64,000 bases of DNA, taken from positions 18,567 through 82,566 of the forward strand of contig JAEOUH010000044.1 of the NCBI GenBank assembly GCA_016839365.1, read 5' to 3'. How positions within the stretch are numbered: position 1 is the first letter of the stretch; each line of letters starts with the position of its first letter. This document shows positions 56,301 through 64,000 of the stretch, piece by piece. The translations under genes were made by a program, and so were the position numbers. The notes under the pieces were generated by a model. That model ran no database searches, had not been told where the DNA came from, and saw nothing but the letters and a program-made list of their open reading frames with translations. The DNA is from Candidatus Hermodarchaeota archaeon (GTDB lineage Archaea; Asgardarchaeota; Hermodarchaeia; Hermodarchaeales; Hermodarchaeaceae).

Positions 56301-57028
56301 ACCCTCTTTTTTAGTTTCAGGCGTTCTTTGGTTGCCATCTGATGTGCTAGTCGCGTCGGTTCAGGAAGTCGATACCGGGTAATGCATTTTTGCGTTATTT
56401 TGACAGCGGTTGCAAGTGAAATGCGATGCCCAACACTGATATAAATGGGATGGCACCCCGGCCTTGAAACTATCCTTGCGCCAATTACTTCGTCATCGAG
56501 AGTGAGGGTTTCGAACGGTGGAGAATCATATTGAATTATCCCACATAGAAGGCTTTTGGCTACTCCAATAGTGGGCACATTCCTTAAGATTCCGAAATGA
56601 CTTGCGGCACCTAGTTTTCGTGGGTGTGCCCTTCCGTGTGCATCAACGAAACAAAGGTCGGGTTTTATGGAGAGAGCAGTATAGGCTAAGGAAAGGGGAG
56701 GATATTCTCGAAAGGAGAGGAATGTAGGGATATAAGGAACAGTAGACTTCGTGTACACTATTTGATGCTCAATTGGTGTTAAGCCCGGAAAATTTAGCAA
56801 GACAGCTACTCCAATCGCAGTTTGGTTATAGTAGGAGACATCTAATCCACACACGGTTCGTGGGGGATTGAGGAATTCATCTTCTTCAATAAAGCGGTCA
56901 ACCAAAATTCGCTGCACTTGCTGGGCCCTCAAAGTTGGGAATTTGGTTGGCAAGAGTGGTGCCACTTCCTTATTTCTCAAGCGAATTTTGTAAAGTGGTA
57001 ATTCCTTCAAGTAGGCGGCGGTTTTCAA
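56297..57028 (-). CDS. nfi: Endonuclease V
   Basis: 243 aa. CGLDVSY. AIGVAVLL. YIPTFLSFREYPPL. FVDAHGRAHPR. IGVAKS. Confidence 0.8.
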   Translation of the reverse strand: MKTAAYLKELPLYKIRLRNKEVAPLLPTKFPTLRAQQVQRILVDRFIEEDEFLNPPRTVCGLDVSYYNQTAIGVAVLLNFPGLTPIEHQIVYTKSTVPYIPTFLSFREYPPLSLAYTALSIKPDLCFVDAHGRAHPRKLGAASHFGILRNVPTIGVAKSLLCGIIQYDSPPFETLTLDDEVIGARIVSRPGCHPIYISVGHRISLATAVKITQKCITRYRLPEPTRLAHQMATKERLKLKKRV

Positions 57029-57599
57029 TGGCCGTACTTAGATCAGCACGAGTCCGTTCAATAAGCCCACGAGCAACATCTGTTTTTCTTCGAATCCCTG
57101 GTGTTAACCCGCGTGGAAAATCGAATGTGATTAGGGTTGCATAGACCTCTTCCATTTGCGCAAATGCTCTTTTGGCCTCATCCAGGTTATCATTTGTCAA
57201 GGAATCAATCGAATACCTTCGGAGTTCACCAACATAATCTCCCAGCCCTTGAAGATAACCGATATCTGTTACACCAATTTTTTCTGGACTAGGAATCCTT
57301 TCTTTGAGACGAAATGCAAGGAACAACGCTGCTTCAGCCACTTCAGCTTCAGCGTCCTGTACTAACCCAACAACAGGAAGTTGGCTGAGCTTCTTAAGAT
57401 GCGTTTGAGCCGACCTTAATAGGGACTTGGCCGTTTTAATTGATTCCCCAGCCTTTGACATATCTCCCTGGTGAATTGCAGAAATCGCTTCACGTGTGAC
57501 TTTTAACACCTTATGCATCTCATTAATGAGAAGATCACGGGATTCATTTTGTGTGGCTAGATTTGCATAAATTGCATCGGTTATTTCTTTGAGGCTCAT
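56970..57599 (-). CDS. Translin-family protein
   Basis: 209 aa, all helical. The C-terminal region (YLQGLGDYVGELRR) is like translin/TRAX. Confidence 0.55.
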   Translation of the reverse strand: MSLKEITDAIYANLATQNESRDLLINEMHKVLKVTREAISAIHQGDMSKAGESIKTAKSLLRSAQTHLKKLSQLPVVGLVQDAEAEVAEAALFLAFRLKERIPSPEKIGVTDIGYLQGLGDYVGELRRYSIDSLTNDNLDEAKRAFAQMEEVYATLITFDFPRGLTPGIRRKTDVARGLIERTRADLSTAIENRRLLEGITTLQNSLEK

Positions 57600-57665
57600 A
57601 TTTGACCGCTCCTGAGCTCTGGTTTGGCCGTATGTGGGTGCTGTGAAAACAGAATACTTAAATGA

Positions 57666-58622
57666 TTGGCTCTAAGTGAACCCTCGGTTGGTCTTGTGGT
57701 TTCTACTGATTTAGCGAAGATTTACCGTCGACAGCATTATCGTTTCATTGGTAGGAATAGTGTTTTGAAGAAATGTTATCATCTTCACAAGGCGTTGACC
57801 CAGCAACGACCCTGTTATAAACAGACCTTCTATGGTTCAATAATCACTCATCGGTGTATGCAGCTTTCTCCAACTTTACAATGTACACAATCATGTCAAT
57901 TCTGTTGGCGAACGATGCCAGGAGATGAAGGATTCCCGGGTCACCAGCAAAGGGAGATACCCGATGAGCCTTCGGAAATACTAGATAATGCGGTCATTGA
58001 GCAACGAAAAATCCTCGACGGGTACAATCCCGTGTGCCACCCCAGGGTAATCCCAAAGATGTATGAAGAGGCTCGGAATCCGCGACATGTAGCAATCAGC
58101 CTAGTTGGGGAACCAACAGGTTATGAACGTCTTTCCGAATTGATTGAAGAATGCCGACATCGTAACTGGACTAGTTATCTTGTTAGTAATGGCACCAACC
58201 CACAAGTGCTCGAACAGATTGAAGAACCAACCCAGTTATACATCTCGTTTGTGGCCCCTGATAAGAAAATTCACCAAGAACTTTGTCGGCCTTCGATACC
58301 CAATGCCTGGGAGCGGTTGCAAACGTCACTTAATCTCCTTTCATCGTTTTCTTGCCCAACCGTGATTCGAATGACTCTCGTTGCAGATCGAAACATGCAC
58401 TGCATATCAAAGTATGCAGCAACACTCAATTCAGCTCAGCCCGATTATATTGAATGCAAAGCCTACATGCACGTCGGTTCATCAATGCAACGACTTTCAC
58501 GGGAGAATATGCCAAGTATGAATGAAATTCGAGACTTTGCTGCAAAATTAGCTAATGACACTGATTACGTGGTTATGAACGAGGACACAGTTAGTCGTGT
58601 AGTTCTCCTCGGGAGAGAATGA
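57666..58622 (+). CDS. taw1: tRNA 4-demethylwyosine synthase (TYW1/Taw1) radical SAM enzyme
   Basis: THRCMQLSPTLQCTQSCQFCWR carries the CxxxCxxC cluster. ISLVGEP. The overall order parallels archaeal Taw1. Confidence 0.8.
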   Translation: MALSEPSVGLVVSTDLAKIYRRQHYRFIGRNSVLKKCYHLHKALTQQRPCYKQTFYGSIITHRCMQLSPTLQCTQSCQFCWRTMPGDEGFPGHQQREIPDEPSEILDNAVIEQRKILDGYNPVCHPRVIPKMYEEARNPRHVAISLVGEPTGYERLSELIEECRHRNWTSYLVSNGTNPQVLEQIEEPTQLYISFVAPDKKIHQELCRPSIPNAWERLQTSLNLLSSFSCPTVIRMTLVADRNMHCISKYAATLNSAQPDYIECKAYMHVGSSMQRLSRENMPSMNEIRDFAAKLANDTDYVVMNEDTVSRVVLLGRE

Positions 58623-58633
58623 AAGAGGGCTTG

Positions 58634-59254
58634 TTATTCGGCTAAGGGAATGTGTTTTGATTCCATGCCATCAGCTGAGACTACGAGAAGATCAATTCCA
58701 TCACCCGACATCGCATCTCGGCGTGTCGCAGATCGGATAGCTTTGACAGCAAGATTCATTGCTTCGTCTTTTGATAAACCGGCTTTGTAGTTGGCTTCGA
58801 GCACACCAAGGACTAGTGAGGTGGCTGTGCCAACAGCCGCGTATTTTTCTTCTATGAGTGAGCCTGCAAGATCGAGGCTGTATAGGTGAGTGCCAGTTTG
58901 ATCGACTCCACCGATGAGGGTCTGTGTCAGATAGGGCATGTATTTGCGACTGAAAAGAATGTTTGAAAGTAACTGTGCCGCCGCGTTTACTGTGATTGAT
59001 CGCCGATTTTCTAGTTCAAAAAGGTTGGATTCAGCCGTTAGGAAAGATGAAAGCATTTGGTAGTCGCCACTGACTCCCGCACTGCCAACGATGATGGTGT
59101 CAGTTATGGGGAAGACTTTCTTTCCTGTTTTGCTTACTACGGTATAACCCCAAAGGACCCGTTTTTCGGCTCCAATTACTACGCCATTTTCAAATGTGAT
59201 GCCAACGGTGGCGGCACCGAAGAATGGCGTTAAATCATCAGATTGACCGCTCAT
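58634..59254 (-). CDS. psmB: Proteasome beta-type subunit, apparently lacking the Thr1 nucleophile
   Basis: 206 aa Ntn-hydrolase beta fold. The propeptide junction reads FFG|AATVGI where active subunits read G|TTTVG. Lys33-equivalent (SKTGKK) and GSAG are present. Confidence 0.65.
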   Translation of the reverse strand: MSGQSDDLTPFFGAATVGITFENGVVIGAEKRVLWGYTVVSKTGKKVFPITDTIIVGSAGVSGDYQMLSSFLTAESNLFELENRRSITVNAAAQLLSNILFSRKYMPYLTQTLIGGVDQTGTHLYSLDLAGSLIEEKYAAVGTATSLVLGVLEANYKAGLSKDEAMNLAVKAIRSATRRDAMSGDGIDLLVVSADGMESKHIPLAE

Positions 59255-60372
59255 TTTTGATTACCTTATCAGCTTACGTAGGGAAGCAGTTAAAAAATCT
59301 TTGTGACTTGCTTCATGTTAGAGTTGTGAGTTCAGTGAACCCGTTCACCGGTTTAAAGTATATTCCAAACACCAAAGAGTTACTCGATGTTGCTTTTGCT
59401 CGTGCATCGAAAATTACCCTTCCTAAATCAAGAAAGCCTCCCAAGGTCAGAGCACGAGAGAAAGAAATTGCTAAATTGAATAAGGTCGATGACACCCTCA
59501 CAACTAGGCTCGAAGAGGTCGTCAAGCGGTTCCCCAATTTTGATAATATCCATCCCTTCTACCGTACTCTCGCAGACACTGTGGTAACCATTGATGAAAT
59601 CCGCCAGGCTCTAGCCTCCGTTACCTCAGCGGTTCGAGTCATCAGAAGCATTATCAAGGAGGCAAACCGTAATCTGCGAAGAGCTACAACCCCTACTGAG
59701 GCACGCAGTATAAGAGTCGCAGCCTATGGTCGGATTTCATCAGTAATTCGAAGAATCGATTCTCGTCTGATGGTTATCCGAAAAGCCGCCTTGGAATATC
59801 GCCGGTTTCCATCAATCGATCTTAGGCTTCCTGTAGTAGTAATCGCGGGATTTCCCAATGTGGGAAAAAGCTCGTTCGTAGCTGTTCTTTCTTCAGCTAA
59901 ACCTGAAGTTGCCGAATATCCTTTTACAACCAAGAAAATTAGTGTGGGTCACATTCAATTGGATTCTGCAGGAGGCCAAATTCTTGATGTACCTGGTCTC
60001 CTTGACCGACCTATGAAAGATCGAAACCCAATTGAACAACGAGCAATAGCTGCGATTCAGTATTTAGCAGATGTAATTATATTCCTGATAGATCCCACCT
60101 TAACCTGTGGGTATGACCTTTCAAGCCAGGTGGCATTGTACAACGAAATCAGAAGGACATTTTCAGAAATAGAAATCTTCCCAGTTATCAATAAGAAGGA
60201 TATCGCCTCAGCCAAAGAAATCCAACGCGCAAAGAATATGATGGATATTAAAGGAATTCCGGTTATCAGCACCCTAACCGAAGAAGGGGTCGAGCAGGTT
60301 TTTCAAGACGTTATTTCAGGAGCGGAGAGCGTTAACAGGAAGTTGCGTGACCTTCAAGTCCAATCCCTGTAA
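59224..60372 (+). CDS. Nog1-family GTPase
   Basis: 382 aa. NOG1 N-domain, then G1 GFPNVGKSS, G2 FTTK, G3 DVPG, G4 NKKD. The start may be downstream; the ATG overlaps the psmB 5' end. Confidence 0.7.
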   Translation: MALNHQIDRSFLITLSAYVGKQLKNLCDLLHVRVVSSVNPFTGLKYIPNTKELLDVAFARASKITLPKSRKPPKVRAREKEIAKLNKVDDTLTTRLEEVVKRFPNFDNIHPFYRTLADTVVTIDEIRQALASVTSAVRVIRSIIKEANRNLRRATTPTEARSIRVAAYGRISSVIRRIDSRLMVIRKAALEYRRFPSIDLRLPVVVIAGFPNVGKSSFVAVLSSAKPEVAEYPFTTKKISVGHIQLDSAGGQILDVPGLLDRPMKDRNPIEQRAIAAIQYLADVIIFLIDPTLTCGYDLSSQVALYNEIRRTFSEIEIFPVINKKDIASAKEIQRAKNMMDIKGIPVISTLTEEGVEQVFQDVISGAESVNRKLRDLQVQSL

Positions 60373-61399
60373 CTGAAATTGTAGCTGGAGAATCTATTTT
60401 TCCCTTGACGTCAAATTTGGCTTCTAAAAACTGTTCCACCACATGGATGTTTGTTACTACATGCTTTGTAAGAGTCGTAACTGAAATTGATGAGAGTCCC
60501 TCTGCGAGGGCTAAGTAAGGAACGAGCATATCTGCCTGATATCGGTCAACAGGTGCACGGGTATCTAGTTCCTTACGAAGAGAGAAGGCAGCATTTTGTC
60601 CTACTTTTTCAGCTTTCAGTCCCTGACGCCCCATTGCATCAGATCCTATGAGACGAACTCCATTGTTTGTAGCCTTGAGAGAAATTCCACTTCCCGGAGA
60701 GCGGGTGTTTTCATCGTGTTCAATCTCGATTTTTTGGACTTGATATCTATTTTCTATTAGGGTATTGTATGCAGCCTGAGCTTGCCTTTCTGCTACGTGT
60801 CGGGGAAGCATTCCACAGTGTGAGATACCAGTAATAACAGGAGGTTCCCTGACTCTGTCGAGCGTTAATGGTGTCAGTCTATGGACAGGTGATAAGGTTG
60901 CATCTACTCGTCCCCCTCCACGGGGGTAATATCCTCGCTTTTTGGTGTCGATAAAAGCTCTATATCCCATTTGTTCAAGTCTTGGGAGGAGAACTGTGTG
61001 GAGGTAATCAATTGGAGGGCTCCAGGCCACATTCGTTCCTCCAATGAGGGTAGCGGAGACTGAACGTTCACAAAAGGGTGCAACAATCATGACTGTTTGA
61101 AGAACGAGAGTGATTGCTCCTGCAGTCCCGATGTCTACGGAAATTTCTCCTCCTTGGCGATTTTGGGGGATAAACTCGATTCGATCAGACCCAACGTGGG
61201 TGCCTTTTACTGCAGCGTTGGTGAGGTTCTTTACTGCCAGAATTCCATGGAGGTGTTGTGGACGTAATCCGGGCGTTTTTCGCTTCGCTCGGATTTTCTT
61301 GACAATGACAGGTTCACCCAAAACTGCGGCAAAAGCGATAGCCGAACGAACAATTTGCCCTCCTCCTTCTAATACGGACCCATCAATTTCGACAACCAT
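60332..61399 (-). CDS. rtcA: RNA 3'-terminal phosphate cyclase
   Basis: 355 aa. GSVLEGGGQIVRSAIAFAAVLGEPV. HLHG-containing region around the active-site His. Confidence 0.85.
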   Translation of the reverse strand: MVVEIDGSVLEGGGQIVRSAIAFAAVLGEPVIVKKIRAKRKTPGLRPQHLHGILAVKNLTNAAVKGTHVGSDRIEFIPQNRQGGEISVDIGTAGAITLVLQTVMIVAPFCERSVSATLIGGTNVAWSPPIDYLHTVLLPRLEQMGYRAFIDTKKRGYYPRGGGRVDATLSPVHRLTPLTLDRVREPPVITGISHCGMLPRHVAERQAQAAYNTLIENRYQVQKIEIEHDENTRSPGSGISLKATNNGVRLIGSDAMGRQGLKAEKVGQNAAFSLRKELDTRAPVDRYQADMLVPYLALAEGLSSISVTTLTKHVVTNIHVVEQFLEAKFDVKGKIDSPATISVTGIGLEGHATSC

Positions 61400-61449
61400 T
61401 TTCCTTCACTGAAATTGCTTTATAGAGGTTGAATTAAAGTGCTTATCTA

Positions 61450-62031
61450 ATGAAAGCCGTTAATATTAGTTCTATCCGGGTAGCGCCTAGCCGATGGATA
61501 GCTTATGCAATGGAAGCTGGCAGTGAAAACCTTGTTGCCTGTACTTCATCAATACGATCTGAAGAGGAGGGCAAGAGGAGCCTCATGGACGCTCTTTATC
61601 GCTTGAAGCGTCTAAGTGAGGTTGATGAGACGTTACAATCGTTAGCTGCTCCACAAATTGGTGCACGTCTTGCAGCACTTCTAGATGGTAAAGGTGACCC
61701 GTTTTCTCTGGATAAAATCTCTGTTAAGAATTGGTCTTCTGCGCGACTTCAAATTTCAAAACGGTTACTGCAGGTTCCACGTGGAAGAGTAGTCTCATAT
61801 GGTGGTCTAGCTCATCAATGCAATTCTTCACCCCGAGCTGTGGGATCTGTCATGAGGAGCAATCCGGTTCCGTGGGCAGTTCCTTGTCACCGAGTAATTC
61901 ATTCCGATGGTAGATTAGGAAAACTTGGTGGAACTGTAAGTGGAACGAAAGAGAAAGCAAGGATTTTACGAGCGGAAGGAGTGCTCTTTAACAGTGATGG
62001 AACAGTGAATCGGAAGTCGTTTGTTTGGTAG
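61450..62031 (+). CDS. ogt: Methylated-DNA-protein-cysteine methyltransferase
   Basis: The PCHRV active-site motif appears as VPCHRVI. YGGLA. The start is probably downstream, at MEAG or MDAL. Confidence 0.7.
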   Translation: MKAVNISSIRVAPSRWIAYAMEAGSENLVACTSSIRSEEEGKRSLMDALYRLKRLSEVDETLQSLAAPQIGARLAALLDGKGDPFSLDKISVKNWSSARLQISKRLLQVPRGRVVSYGGLAHQCNSSPRAVGSVMRSNPVPWAVPCHRVIHSDGRLGKLGGTVSGTKEKARILRAEGVLFNSDGTVNRKSFVW

Positions 62032-62046
62032 TATTGGTGATGTAGT

Positions 62047-62559
62047 ATGGGGGATCCAGCGCTTTTCATTGGTAGATTTCAACCATTTCATAATGGTCAT
62101 CTCCACGCGTTGAAAGAGGTCCTTGCCAAAGAAGAAATCGTGTTTATAGTCGTTGGTAGTGCCCAAGCTAGTTATACTCCGTCAAACCCATTTACAGCTG
62201 CAGAACGGATCACAATGGTACAGCACGTGTTGGATGAAATGGGGATTCCCTGCACTCGGTATCTAATTATCCCAGTTCCAGATGTGCATAACTACACATT
62301 GTGGGTCAATCATGTTCGACAATATGTACCTCGATTTGGAATTGTTTACACTGGTTCCAAAACCGGTGCAACTCTTTTTTCAGCTCAAAAGATTCCTGTA
62401 GCCACACTTTCATTATACAAGAAGGAGATTTACTCCGGAACAGAAGTTCGACGTAGAATTCTTGAAGGGAAAACGTGGAAACCATTAGTGCCCAACGTTG
62501 TGGCTGAATTAATTGAGGAGTTCGATGGAGAAAAACGGTTGAAATCTCTCAGTGACTAG
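62047..62559 (+). CDS. nadM: Nicotinamide-nucleotide adenylyltransferase (archaeal NadM type)
   Basis: 170 aa. FIGRFQPFHNGH nucleotidyltransferase motif. SGTEVRRR. Confidence 0.8.
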   Translation: MGDPALFIGRFQPFHNGHLHALKEVLAKEEIVFIVVGSAQASYTPSNPFTAAERITMVQHVLDEMGIPCTRYLIIPVPDVHNYTLWVNHVRQYVPRFGIVYTGSKTGATLFSAQKIPVATLSLYKKEIYSGTEVRRRILEGKTWKPLVPNVVAELIEEFDGEKRLKSLSD

Positions 62560-64000
62560 TACCAGATCCTCGAACAAGTTCGAGGATTCGCTGGAATATC
62601 TTTTGTTTTCGGTCCTTAGCAGATCTATAGAGGCGTTCGACAATGAGTTCAGGTGTAGATTTTGCGATTTTTCCGAACTGTGGAGAGCGGTTCACTATCA
62701 GATTCAGTTGAGGATCTAATCCGCTAGCTTCAATACCATCTACCCGAATTGGTGCACGGGCTAGTTGGGTGATGTCTTCAGCTAAATGGGAGACAAATAT
62801 CACACAGGAGTTGGGGTTCTCAGAAAAGAGCTCAAGAACAGCAGCAACAACCTTTGCTGCAGCACCGGGTTCGGTACTCGCTTCCCATTCATCGAAACAA
62901 GCTAGTTTTGATGCGTCGCTGAGCACAATATTTGCCAGATTATTCAATGAGGACTCAAATGCACCTGCCGATAACATTCCAGTTGACTTGGCATAATAGT
63001 ACAATTCATCGAAAATACCTACCTCTGCCTTTGATGCAGGTACGAGCATTCCCATTTGAGCAAGGATCGCGATTTGTGCCACATTTTGAAGTAAACAACT
63101 TTTTCCTCCACTATTCGCTCCGGACAAAAGTACTACACGTTCTCCACTCGTATCCGCAGGAGTCCAACCGTTCTTGCCAATTACATATGATATCGGTACC
63201 ACTTCGAGCTTTTCTTTTAGCGCCTCTTGGGTAAGGAAAATATTTCGTCCTTCTTGAAATGCGATGCCCACGCCATTGGGATTAACTGCAGGCACTGAGA
63301 GTTGATAATCCCGAGCAAACTGTCCGATGGCTTGGAACACATCAAAATCTAATAGGGTTTGCACGGCATCTTTGATAGGCTGTTCGAATTGAATGAGTTT
63401 CATTGCAATTTCAGTTTTTAGCTTGTGCTCTCGTGCATGCATTGATCTCCGAATATTGTTTTGTAAATTACTGGATTGCTTTCGATTCGCCTGAATCGGA
63501 AGTGCAACACTTTGTGAAAAGATACCATCTACCCACTCTAGTTCATTACGAGTGAGTTGAAGTATTTTGGCTAAGTGGTCTTCTGATTCCTGTAACGCTG
63601 AGATAAGAATATCGAAAACTTGGGGAGGAAGATATTGACGAAGCTGTTCTGCGCCTATGGCTTCTGAGGTGCTTGCTTCTAAGATATTGATTATTTGGTC
63701 TCCCTCAAGCACTACTTGGCTATGGGATATTTCATCACGAATCTTGTTGTTCGCCCAAATTTCTGTCTCACTTAGTTTGGTCTCGAATGTTTTCGTTGCT
63801 AACCGTAACCGGTCATAAACTGCATCCGCACCCACAGAAAGATCTCCGGAGCTGGTAATCTTGCCAACGATTTCAACTAAAGAAGTAAGGGTCGGAAGGT
63901 CAATTCTTTCTGTAAATCTTTGTAGAGCAGGGGTTGAGGGGAGTTTGGCCATCGCTTCAGCTGCAGCACAAATGGCAAGGATTGTTTCATGGTTGGTTGC
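62549..64000 (-). CDS. MutS2-like protein (MutS domain V ATPase), probably continuing beyond the window edge
   Basis: Walker A LLSGANSGGKSC. Helical lever/clamp regions. The reading frame stays open upstream of ATG 63952 to the window end. Confidence 0.65.
   Translation of the reverse strand, partial: ATNHETILAICAAAEAMAKLPSTPALQRFTERIDLPTLTSLVEIVGKITSSGDLSVGADAVYDRLRLATKTFETKLSETEIWANNKIRDEISHSQVVLEGDQIINILEASTSEAIGAEQLRQYLPPQVFDILISALQESEDHLAKILQLTRNELEWVDGIFSQSVALPIQANRKQSSNLQNNIRRSMHAREHKLKTEIAMKLIQFEQPIKDAVQTLLDFDVFQAIGQFARDYQLSVPAVNPNGVGIAFQEGRNIFLTQEALKEKLEVVPISYVIGKNGWTPADTSGERVVLLSGANSGGKSCLLQNVAQIAILAQMGMLVPASKAEVGIFDELYYYAKSTGMLSAGAFESSLNNLANIVLSDASKLACFDEWEASTEPGAAAKVVAAVLELFSENPNSCVIFVSHLAEDITQLARAPIRVDGIEASGLDPQLNLIVNRSPQFGKIAKSTPELIVERLYRSAKDRKQKIFQRILELVRGSGTSH

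Noticed and set aside
1-64000. CRISPR arrays, transposase/integrase genes, and toxin-antitoxin or restriction-modification systems
   Set aside because: None is recognisable. The window looks like conserved chromosomal core rather than an accessory island. The 43-nt identical tract in the surface-protein paralogs is a different phenomenon.

Overview
This 64 kb window appears to be a densely coding archaeal chromosomal core region with no rRNA, CRISPR array or recognisable mobile element. About 70 protein genes can be supported, most of them housekeeping. By inference the source is an Asgard-type archaeon. The reasons are the eukaryote-signature content (an MglA-like GTPase with four roadblock/LC7 paralogs, a Rab-like Ras-superfamily GTPase, a profilin-like protein, Sm, an NFACT/Rqc2 homolog, a Nog1 GTPase, RIO2, translin and a GPN-loop GTPase), the use of GTG starts, and tRNA introns at non-canonical positions. 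Three tRNA genes with introns lie on the minus strand. One carries about 69 nt of intervening sequence and its anticodon is unresolved. One is tRNA-Thr(CGU) with a 25-nt anticodon-loop intron. One is tRNA-Lys(CUU) with a 24-nt insertion inside the T-loop. All functional calls rest on motif recognition by eye in the supplied translations; no database search was run. Observations most worth a second look are listed below.
- MglA/MglB-like module: four roadblock/LC7 genes plus an MglA-like GTPase; the four downstream of the first roadblock gene (4153..4536) form an apparent operon.
- The three intron-bearing tRNAs.
- A profilin-like gene hidden behind a mis-called upstream start.
- A proteasome beta paralog with the Thr1 nucleophile replaced by Ala.
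- Two tandem surface-protein paralogs that share a 43-nt identical tract.
- A run of small winged-helix/zinc-ribbon genes of unknown function downstream of a TrmB regulator.
- A dispersed AMMECR1/Memo/radical-SAM trio.
- A bacterial/eukaryotic type I GAPDH.
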